A stretch of DNA of 64,000 nt. Source: Camelus dromedarius (Eukaryota). The translations under genes were made by a program, and so were the position numbers. A model generated the notes under the pieces. That model was not told the origin of the DNA and ran no database searches. It worked only from the letters and a program-made list of their open reading frames with translations. Each line of letters begins with the position of its first letter. Positions within the stretch are counted from its first letter, which is position 1. The stretch is taken from the NCBI RefSeq assembly GCF_036321535.1, contig NC_087437.1:77812001-77876000 (forward strand), read 5' to 3'. Shown in pieces: positions 53,951 through 64,000 of this stretch.

Positions 53951-54954
53951 CTGAGGCAATTTCATAATAACATTGTTACTATTACCAGTAATAATAATGA
54001 TGTATAATGATGATAAACAATTGTTGAACTTTCAACTGTATGGCAGAAAAGTGCTTTCTATGTATGATCTCATTTTCCCACAACTACCCCTCTGACGTTG
54101 TTATTCCTATTATTTCAATTTTATACATGAAAAAATTAAGAATGGAAAAGTTTAGCAACTTATACAGCTGGTATGCCCCAATGCCAACCTGACAGAGTGT
54201 AAGAAAAGAAGCGTTAAAGAGGTATTAAATGCTATTTGGGAAAAGACAGCTCAAGGCATTTTCAAAGTCTCCTCTTTGTGGTCCAAGGTCCTGAGGAGAT
54301 GTCCTAATGAATTTACTCTCCAGTGGAAATAATTGGTGAAAAAAGTCTATGGTACATCCTTGAAAGAGAGAGATCAAGGTTAAGTTGAGAATGACAGATG
54401 GAGCAAAGAATCAGGAGCCAGGCAGAAACTAATGGAAAGGGCCAGATGTGGAAACAATCAAGACCATTGGCAGACTTCCCCAAAGAGCCTCTGCATATCT
54501 GCATACCTCCTCCTGCATATCTACCTTGTCTGTTGGCAGAAAAATAGTGTACAGCAGTGCATGGTTGTCTTATAGAGACGCATAGAGAATATCAACAGGA
54601 AAATATACTAAAAACAAAATAAAACACATATTTACTTTAGGCCCACAATTATCTGAGTTATTCTCACTATATTTTAACTATACAACCTACAGAATAACAG
54701 TAAAACCTACAGAAAGAATGTTCTCTGTAAAGTCTGCTGCTGTTCATTCATGGCCGCATCAAGGAAAAGCCATTGGTAAAAGTATAACGAAGACATAATT
54801 TTGACATAAAATTGTGGGATGATTTAAAAAGAAAGAGCACACAGACAAAAAGCTTGGTAGAAAAAAATACAACATATAAATCTTTCAGTGATAACTAAAA
54901 GGTTACACATTCAAGTAAAACAAATTTATAAATGGTCACTTTGATTCGACATAC

Positions 54955-55051
54955 TCGTTTATGTGGTTTCCAGAAGAGCACCAATAGATGTTTCTGTTGG
55001 CACTAATATGGCTGTTGTGCTGACCAGAAGGTTGTTTTCTTAAGGGTATAT
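54955..55051 (-). other. Candidate exon (97 nt)
   Basis: Minus strand ttctgttccctgacaacagtttacag|ATATACCC...ATAAACGA|gtatgt; one frame open (IPLRKQPSGQHNSHISANRNIYWCSSGNHIN). Confidence 0.25.
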
Positions 55052-55519
55052 CTGTAAACTGTTGTCAGGGAACAGAAATCTTCATTTTTGATGCAAAAGC
55101 CGGTCCTTGGGTGATCATTTATTTGGAGGTCTCTCCTTATCTTTCACTTTACACAGTTTCCGCCTTTTAAAAATTTAATTCTGGAGCATAGACCTAGAGA
55201 CACCTTTAAGATTTGTTTCAGGAAAACTGTGTGTTCCATAGTTCTTCTTTCTACAGAACTTTATCTCAACTAATTAATCCTTAAAAACTCTCTGAGACCA
55301 AAGTGATGAAGGCAAGTAATTCATGTTTACTGAGAAAGAGCAAATCTAGGCACCTTGCCCGGAGTCTCTCAATAAATAAGCATGGAAAAAATGGGCATCC
55401 ATCAACTGTAACGACATGCTCTCTAAAGAGGACTTTGCAACATTTTCAGGCTACTAGCCTGACAGTGCATGCAAAACAGCCCTCCACAGGGAAGCCAAAA
55501 CTCCCTCAGCTGGCAGGGA

Positions 55520-56280
55520 TCTTGCTGGTGCTTTATCTAATACATCTCCTGAGTCAGCGCTACCATCTCTGCTCTCACCGCTATGGATCAGCTCCAGTCT
55601 GTCTCCTGGTCTTACCTTCACCATAGCTTCCTTAATGCACTCCTTCCCTCCCCCCAAATTCTCTCTGCAAACATATCCGAAATACTAGTGACAGACTGAC
55701 CTTTCCCAAATACAAATTGGGTCTTTTCATTCCCCTAGTCAAAAAAACTTTTGATATGTTTACGAAATAAGCTCCACACCCCTCAGTCCAGAATTCAAAT
55801 CCTTCTTCAATTTAATTACAACGTAAGTTTGTGAACTTCATCTCCCACTACACTTTGACTTAGTTCATGTCTTACAAATAAACACAACCACAAACACACA
55901 AACACACACGTCCTATATTCCAGTCCCCTCAACGTGCTCTGAGCTTTCTCAAATTTGCGTTTCTTTGTCCAAGTCGGTTTCTAAAGTACCCTTACTCATA
56001 GCAGCCTTCCGATTCTTCATAGGTCAGCCAGATAAAGAAGCTATCCAATTCACCCGTTTGAACAAATCGATATTTTTCTTCCAAACTCATAGGACTTTGA
56101 TTGTGCATCTCTTCAAACACTTTCACTGCTTATCTTAAACTCTGTGTTTCTGTCCATCACTGGATTTTAAGTTACTAAATAGCAGAAATTTATCTAATGT
56201 GTTTACATTTATTCCCCTCCATCAGTATTGGGCATGCCATTTTGCGTATAGTAGGCATGGCATTTGCTAAACTGAACTAA
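55520..56280 (+). mobile_element. L2 LINE 3' portion
   Basis: Pyrimidine-rich L2-like body (ccatagcttccttaat..ccttcc..; tgtcttac..) ending gcgtatagtaggcatggcatttgctaaactgaact. Confidence 0.6.
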
Positions 56281-56569
56281 GTAACATTGATAAATAATAT
56301 CATAGGCCATGTCCATTTTAGGCCCAAGCTAAGATAATTATGTTTTATATCATTTTCTTCCATTCAGTGAGTGCACAGAATATTACACATTTTATTTTGT
56401 AATTACTTTTCATTTGCATTTCTTCAATAAAAAGAGATTGTAACTAAAAAGAAGCCTACAATGAGCAAGCACATGTTGCAATAAAAAGGAGCTGTGGACA
56501 CGTTCGTTACTCATACAGGATTAGGCCTGCTTTATATCAAAAACTGAAATTCTTGACACTGTTAAATCT

Positions 56570-57190
56570 ATAATTCCAAACAACTTATTAGATACCAATC
56601 CCCTCATTTCAAAGAGGAGATGGTCAGAGATAGAGTAGGTGACATCCCGTGCCCAGCTATTAGGGACCAGAACAGGAACTAGAAGTCGGGTATCCTGGAC
56701 TCTAGAGTTTAGACATGTTCTAGGCTCAGCACAAATTCCCAGGTCTGTAAGACTGAAATGATGTGCAAATTTGTACAGAAGAGATGGAGAAGCTATTTTT
56801 TATCCTGATTTATTCAGCAAATTTATACAGAAGTTCAATACCAGAAAGAACTACTAAACAAATCTACCTTTTCTACATCTGTCCAAACTGTAATACTTAA
56901 CCTAAAATATATAGTGTTATTATCAAACATATTTTAAATCATATAATAATTGTAAAATATAATCTTCATGGACATATTAAAAACCAGTTACTATGCCGAG
57001 CATTCAATTCACTAAGTAATTTAATCCTCACAAAAGCACTAAGGTAAATATTATCATTATACATATCTTACAGATGAAGAAACAAAAACTCAGAGATATT
57101 ACCTATCGAAGATCACAATGCTAGCTAGTCATAGAACACTGATTTAGAACCACACCTGCTGAAATGGCAAGATACACTTCCTAACTATAT
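56570..57190 (-). mobile_element. Two MIR fragments (56570-56720 and 56980-57190)
   Basis: cccctcatttcaaagaggaga..ggaactagaagtcggg; atttaatcctcacaa..cttacagatgaagaaac..gaagatcacaatgctag. Confidence 0.65.
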
Positions 57191-57944
57191 GCACAAATTC
57201 ATATAATCCAGGAAAAACTTAAGTATCTGAAATGTTAAATTTAGATAAGTCTATCATTATTGTTTATCATATGACAGGAGTATATATGCATAAGATTTAT
57301 GATCATTTACTTTCAAATGTTTCCTTGGAGAAACTCTAATTAATATTCCCATTAAAACACCTTTTGGTTTTAATAAGTATCTAATATAAAATAGTAAACA
57401 TAGTGGATGAACATTAAAGTATATTTTGTATTTTATTCACATGTTCTTCTAGTATTTTCCAAAATTAGGAGTTTAGGAAAAATTTTTCTTAAACTAGACA
57501 AAACCATCATTTGTTTTCTGCTCTTGTTGACTTGTGGCACTATATCTAAGTCATTTTCCTTCTGAAGAACATAGCACTTAATATTGTAAATCATCTCATG
57601 TGTAAAAGAAATAGTATGGCACTTTAAAAAATATGATTCTGAATTAAAATTCAGGTATTTCCCAAACACAAATGTACCATACAAAATTAATAATTTGCAT
57701 GAAAAGACATGCATATGGATCACTAATTTTACTAGTTTTAAGTACAAAATCACTCTACTTTGTTTTACTTCTAACAGTGTTACTGTGAGAAGGATATATC
57801 TAATTTTTGAGTACCACATTTCAAATTAATTATAAGTATATAATTTGAACATCACCTACCATATCAGTTAACAATCAGAAAAGCATGTTTGTTTCTAATG
57901 CTTTTTGTTTGTTTAAGTCTTTGATCCATTTTGAGTTTCTTTTT

Positions 57945-58917
57945 CTTTTTCTTTTTACATTTTTTATTGAGTAATAGTTATTTTACAATGTTGTGTCAAA
58001 TTCTAGTGTAGAGCACAATTTTTCAGTCATACATGAACATGTATATATTCATTGTCACATTTTTTTTTGCTATGAACTGCCACAAGATCTTGTATATTTT
58101 CCCCTGTGCTATACAGTATAATCTTGTTTATCTATTTTGTATTTTAAAATCCCAGTCTGTCCCTTCCCACCCCTCACCCCCCTTGGCAACCACAAGTTTG
58201 TATTCTATGTCTATGAGTCTGTTTCTGTCTTGTATTTATGTTTTGTTTGTTTGTTTGTTTGTTTGTTTGTTTTTTAGATTCCTCTTATAAGCAATCTCAT
58301 ATGGTATTTTTCTTTCTCTTTCTGGCTTACTTCACATAGAATGACATTCTCCAGGAACATATGTTGCTGCAAATGGCGTTATGTTGTTGGTTTTTGTGGC
58401 TGAATAGTATTCCATCATATAAATACACCACATCTTCTTTATTCAGTCATCTGTTGATGGACATCTAGGTTGCTTCTATGTCTTGACTATTGTAAATAGT
58501 GCTGCTATGAACATTGGGGAGCAGGTGTCATTTTGAAGTAGGGTTCCTTCTGGATATATGCCCAGGAGCGGGATTCCTGGGTCCTATGGTAAGTCTATTC
58601 CTAGTCTTTTGAGGAATCTCCATGCTGTTTCCCACAGTGGCTTTCCTTGCTTCCCTCTCCCACTCTTTAATGATTTAGATGTCTTCTTTTACAATTTTAT
58701 GTTTATTCTTTTTGTAATTCATGGCAATTATCTCCTTTCCAGTTATGAGTTTCTCATTTTTGTAGCATCCTGCTTTTCTATTTAGAATAAACCTATGAAT
58801 ATTTCTTTAAGCATGGGTTTTGTGTTGCTAAACTTTCAGTTTTTGCTTGCCTGTGAAGTTCTTTATCGCTCCTTCTATTCTAAAGGATAGCCTTGCTGGA
58901 TAGAGTATCCTAGGCTG
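57945..58917 (-). mobile_element. Relatively young L1 with ORF1 end and spacer fused to the ORF2 3' end and 3' UTR
   Basis: 58917-58782 translates QPRILYPARLSFRIEGAIKNFTGKQKLK/FSNTKPMLKEIFIGLF* (L1 ORF1 C-terminus, one frameshift); from 58640 it continues as ccactgtgggaaacagcatggagattcctc (ORF2 end) to the poly-A. Confidence 0.9.
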
Positions 58918-59609
58918 CTTTTTGACCTTCAAGTTCTTTCTTCTTTTGGTTTTTTTTTTTTTTTTTTTTTTTTTTAGCACATTCTTCAAGGTTGTTAAGG
59001 TGGAAATGCTGAAGAAAACTGATGTCCTAATTATTTGGGCACACAGATCTCTTTCTCCCCTTACTCCCCTTATGAGTACTAGTCTAAGATATTGAACATT
59101 TAAGAATTACTTTATAAAATCAGAGGTCTGAAAAGGACTCCAGGGGTTTATCTCTTCCTTCTCCAGGTTTTACTCACATTAAATATCTCCATGGGAAAAA
59201 GATTTCATGTCCTCCTTCAGTGATTTGTTTCAGTTTATAAAATGCCCTTACCACTATAAGGTTTTTTCCCCTTTGATCCTGCTGACCGTATTTTATATGT
59301 GATTAAATCATTTCTCATACTTTTCATCCTTCAGATAAACATATCTACTCCTTCGTTTAAGGTTACATTTCTCTCCTACCTCATGAGACCCCAAACACAG
59401 AGCACTGTAGCGCTTTCTATATATTCTGCTCTTTCGCGTCAGAAGCTGTCTATGTCACTAGTTACTCAGAGTCACCTGCGGACTTCTGTTGCCTTAAAGA
59501 CAGCATTGCCAAGAAGACCCTGTTCAGCTCTTCAGATGCCCAACCAGCATCTCTAAACTCTGAACACTGCATACCAATTTGCTCTTAGTCCCTCTGCTGA
59601 TTTGGAAGA

Positions 59610-59910
59610 ATAATGTTCTCATAGATAATAGCCTGTAAAATATGAATAGCCCATGTTATAATGGCTACTGTGAGAATTAAATGAATTAAAACATGCAAAG
59701 ATCTTAGGACAGTGCCTGGCACGTAGTAAATAGACAATAAAAGTTAGCTATGTCTCCTGATGCCATCGATACCATTTTTACCACTCCTGTTACTGTTGCT
59801 GCGATGTTACTACTACTACCACTTCTACTGCTACTGTTATTACTACTAGTCTTCTACTGCTGCCACTGTTGCTACTACTATTATCCTTTGATACTGCATC
59901 TACTGCTATT
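59610..59910 (+). mobile_element. MIR 3' half followed by a degenerate (CTA/CTG)n low-complexity tail
   Basis: ctgtaaaatatgaat..tgtgagaattaaatgaatt..acagtgcctggcacgtagtaa..aaagttagcta, then tactactac/tactgc repeats. Confidence 0.8.
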
Positions 59911-59989
59911 ATACCCTGACCGGTGCACTTTCTTCTACCAAGTGGGGTGTCCAGAGCGAACTTTAGGGGGCTAGAAATCACCTCCTCCC

Positions 59990-60320
59990 AACTCCCAGCT
60001 TAACTGTACAGCTGAGCTGGGCTCTCCCTGATCATGTGGCCTCTAACACAATTATTATCCACAGTTGACAAATACACGGCAGCAAATTTATATAGATCAC
60101 AGAGCCTTTAGGTTTTCTCGCGCTTCATCCTTCCTGAAAGGCTTTCCAACAGTCTGTCATTTTGTAAGATCTGCATTAACGTTTTCCATTAATATGAATA
60201 ATTGAAAGTTTGCCAAACAGAACTATCTTTCAATATTATATAATGTTTATCAACTCCATTAATGGGCTCTAACAAGCTTTGTACACAAGTATGTAGACAA
60301 TTACCAAGATAAATCAAAAA
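59990..60320. promoter_or_regulatory. Candidate conserved non-coding element
   Basis: Repeat-free; TGACA/TGTCA, CATTAAC, CCATTAATATGAATAATTG, palindromic CCATTAATGG, retained CpGs. Confidence 0.35.
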
Positions 60321-61469
60321 TTTAATTTCTTACAAAGATCTATAATGGGAAAGATTACATCTCATAAGCTGATGTCCAGGAACATTTTGAAAATAATTAA
60401 CTTTTTTCAAAACAATTTATATTTTCAAAATGCCCCACAAGCATTTTTAGTATTTATTCCTCAAACAAATCCCCATGGGGGAGTTTGGCTTCATCAAACA
60501 TTTTTTTCACAGATGAAGATGCAGCCATTTAAGGATGGGTCAAAATGTGATTAGACTGCACAATCTCTGAGTTGCTAGCATGCTGTTAAGTCAATTGAAG
60601 CACTGCCTCACTTAGAAAGGTAAACAGAATAAATGAGTTAGCACTCAGATCTGCAAATAAACCAACAGTGGCTCATCAACCAAGTAAGTAAGGCCTATTC
60701 CCAGGGAGCGACAAACAGTACTGGAGTACACAAACACGTACACATCACATAGACAGACACATGCACACACAGAGGAGGACGGACGTTAACTCCTCCTCTC
60801 TTGTTTGCTTTGAACCCACTCTAATTCCCTGATGGATTTTATGGTTGCCATCACAGCACACACCACCTCCTTCCCTCCAACTTAAGACAACTTGCTTTTG
60901 TGATTTCTAACGCAGCCTGTCCAACCTGCCTTTCCCATTGTGCTAATTCTGGGTGACCCAGATTGGTGATCTTGGAGACTGAAACTGCCAATGGACAGCT
61001 GTTACGATGGCCCTGTTATAACATCAAAGGGGACTGTGAGGATAAAATAAAGACAGTAGTTAAAAGCTACAAGTGGCAAGTTCATACTGATGTAGGTATT
61101 ATTATCTTAAATGTAGATCAACCTGGCCTGAATGCATTGTCATCATATAGCTCCTGTGCGTGAGGTATGGCACAACAATCCATTTATTTTTAGGACAGGA
61201 AATCCCTAACACTGTGACAAGGTGTCTAGAATTGGCACATTTCTTGACAGAAACTTCCATTGAGTATAAAAGAAATTCCTAGATTATCTAAAAGTAAGTT
61301 GCTTCACTTGTTTTCTGTATAAGCTATATACTTGAAACGTATGGGGGGGAGGCTTGGTAAAGTTTCAGGTGTATTATTTTATCCTTCTCTTTGCTTGGTG
61401 TTTGTCCTTATTCATCATTCCAGAATTACACAGTCAGTGCTGTTTCTCTTCTTTGTTTTTCTCTCTCAA

Positions 61470-61609
61470 GCAGCAGTTGACTCCAAAGTGTTTTTTTAAA
61501 TGTTGATGCCTGGGCCCCAGGCCCCAGGATTCTTACTCAATTGCCTGCAGTGAGACTCAGTTGCTAGCAAAAATTCCCAAGATGGTGCAGTCAGAATTGA
61601 AAACCACTG
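61470..61609. mobile_element. hAT-Charlie MITE fragment, MER5-like
   Basis: gatgcctgggcccca..ccccaggattcttactcaatt..ttcccaagatg..gaattgaaaaccactg. Confidence 0.6.
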
Positions 61610-61769
61610 ATCCACAGGCATTTACTTTGCTTCAGAGCATCAAATCTCATTACCTAATAATAATTAAAGGCAGTGGTCACTGAAAGGGCATGGGAGTGAC
61701 AACTTTATGTAATTTCGTCTACGTAGTATGTAGAGTACCCTCTGAAAGAGTTGGAATGTTTTTTTTTTT

Positions 61770-61900
61770 AGACACACTATAAATGCTACAAAAGCAGGGA
61801 CTATACATGTCTTGGCTACTACCATATTTCCAGGTGTAGTTCCTTACTAATAACATAATTAACACTTGATAAAAATTTACTGGATGAATGAATAAACAAA
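61770..61900 (+). mobile_element. L2 3' tail
   Basis: ctataaatgctacaaaagcagggactatacatgtcttggctactaccatatttcca...aaaaatttactggatgaatgaataaa. Confidence 0.65.
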
Positions 61901-64000
61901 CAACTATACTGATGGAAACTATGAATTTATTGGGAAGGAAAACATAATTCTTATAATGAAGTTATCGGAATATGATCTTCTCCTGAGATTCTGTCTAGCT
62001 CTTCCGCTGTGTTGCTCCTGCATCATTGTCCCTAAAGGAGCTTCCCAAGTAGTTGTACATGGAAGTCAGTAAGGTTTATATGTCTCAGCAGTGCTCCATC
62101 AAACACAAGACATAAATTCCAGAGAGACAGCTATTATGCTTTTAACTTCAATTATTTGAAAACAGGAGTAGTGACAACATATGAAATTTGTATATAAGAA
62201 TAAAGATATTAACAAGTCAGTGACAGAAAGTAGGTGACAGTAGTGAGGGATGGGGTAAGGGAATTTAGAACAATGTTTGCTACTTTTTAAGAAAGTTTTT
62301 ATACAAAGAGATGCAGGCTGTCTACTGAACAGGTTAATTTTAGCCCGTGGGTAAGAATACTCTGTATTTTCAGGCCATTGGCAACTCTACTGAAAGAGAG
62401 CCAAAGTTTTCCAAACAGACTGACCCTTGTTGTCTTTCTGTGAACTGACCCGCTCTTCTGGATTTTCCAGGGAGCACAGGTTTTCACAGTTTGGGTGGTC
62501 AAAAAATTCTAATCTGCAAGGTTGGATCGAAAGCACAAAACTATCATGATAGAGCTTTAAATCATTACGAGATAGACAAATTAACATTAATAATGATAAC
62601 TAGGTATAGACGTTTGCTTATTTCATTCACTGTTTTTCTTTATATTGAAATCTGACAAGGAAATTTAAAGAGTTGCAGACGATAAATCTACTTAGGTCTA
62701 ACAGGTGTACATACGTGCAATTATATGTTATTGAGACTAAATATTTCTTGTTAGCTATTTTGAATTGTTCTAACTAGTTAGCTGGCATGTGGATAATGAC
62801 TAAAGTAATATTCTGACATAGTGTTACATTTTTATTTATCTTTTCATATTTATAAAGTTTAAAAGGGAAGATGAGTCTTGTAAATGTAGCAACGACTATC
62901 CTAAGCCTCAGAAAAATAAGAGACATGCAACTTTCCTTGAAGCTAAAATGCATAGCACAGAAAAAGTCAAGTCAGCACATATTTAGTAAAATGTGTTTGG
63001 CACTACACTGGATACAGAAATCAGGAGACTAGTGCTTAAACTCTATCTGAATACTTTCTGTTGAATCTGAGGTACATTTATTTTTGAGACGGAAACACCA
63101 CCAAACTCAAGTAGCATTTAAACAAATGATAAAAGTCTATTGTTATCTGTGTTTTAGGGGAATTTCAAATATACCTTATAAGAAATTCACATTTGGGGCT
63201 GTGATTCTATGTATTTTGAGCTAAGTGCACAAAATCACTTAAGATTCACAGGGAATGGCTTAAGAATCAGAACAAAATAAAGGAAGTGCAAAGGTAGTTT
63301 AAAAAAAAAGGTTTATAAAGGCTAGAGGCCTTTTTCTTTTGCTGCTCTTGGCAGAAGGAACAAAGTGAAAGGCAATCTTCAGTGCTAAGAAAAATGCAGA
63401 CATGAATTCATAGTGATTAAAAATTGTTAAATACTACTACCTTCTTTATAAATATCTCTCCTAAACATACCATGCTTAATGGTTTAGAATACAAAAGACA
63501 TGACCAAAGCAGAAGCCATAAAAGAAGCTTTCACACTAGGAAAATAATTTATACAACAAACAGAAGTGTAGTCATTCCAGCTGGCATGCTGCTATCCATC
63601 TTAATTATTGCAATAAATGAACCGCTGGCTATCACTTTTAAAAGACTAAGGAAATCTGGAGTATTGCCAAAAGATCAGAAAGAAAAGCTTTATGTTAAAA
63701 TAAAATGATGATTAAATTGGAAATCAAGTCATAATGCTGATGATACATTTTTACGAGGATAAACAAGGTAGCTTTGTCTTTGAAAATCGTATCTATCTGA
63801 CCTTGTAAATTTCCTGAAGATTTGATAAGCAGCTATACAATTTGTGGGCTACCCACACACCAGACTGCATTTATAGAAAGCATGTTTACCACTGGAAATA
63901 ACTAAAAGGGGATCCAGCAGTGGGCGTGGGTCAGCAGAAAGTAGGTTAATTGGAGACTGCATGGATAGACAGTACTGCCTTCCCCCTGGCACAACTGTTC

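Noticed and set aside
57915..57940. 25-nt L1 ORF2-like word (aagtctttgatccattttgagttt) just beyond the poly-T of the young L1
   Set aside because: Too short to distinguish an older L1 remnant from chance; not used as evidence
59750..59981. Poly-Leu/Tyr/Cys ORF resembling a membrane or signal peptide
   Set aside because: It is the translation of a degenerate trinucleotide low-complexity tract behind a MIR
1..64000. CRISPR arrays, operons, prokaryotic defence or retron-type systems
   Set aside because: The sequence is clearly mammalian; it has no regularly spaced repeats and no dense ORF structure

Overview
This 64 kb window is AT-rich, CpG-poor placental-mammal DNA, not microbial DNA. It looks intronic or gene-desert-like. 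The repeat content is MIR, L2, MLT1 solo LTRs, Tigger/hAT MITEs, and old and younger L1s, and I recognised no Alu, B1, Bov-A/BovB, PRE-1 or SINEC. Together with the style of the youngest L1 3' ends, this suggests a laurasiatherian, most likely a camelid (inference). I could not name any protein-coding gene. The recognisable ORFs in the track are decayed L1 ORF2 pieces or their antisense, and the rest appear to be chance ORFs. Four things deserve a second look: (1) a chain of well-bounded candidate exons on the minus strand (about 55.0, 46.9, 23.7, 22.9, 14.5 and 4.7 kb), which may be an unrecognised spliced gene, lncRNA or decaying unitary pseudogene; (2) two ~3.2 kb L1s forming a tail-to-tail inverted pair around two of those exons; (3) a young L1 in which the ORF1 end and spacer are joined directly to the ORF2 3' end (HAL1-like, spliced or deleted); (4) several repeat-free blocks that look like conserved enhancers. 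Repeat boundaries and subfamily names were judged by eye and are approximate. I found no evidence that establishes a new biological system.
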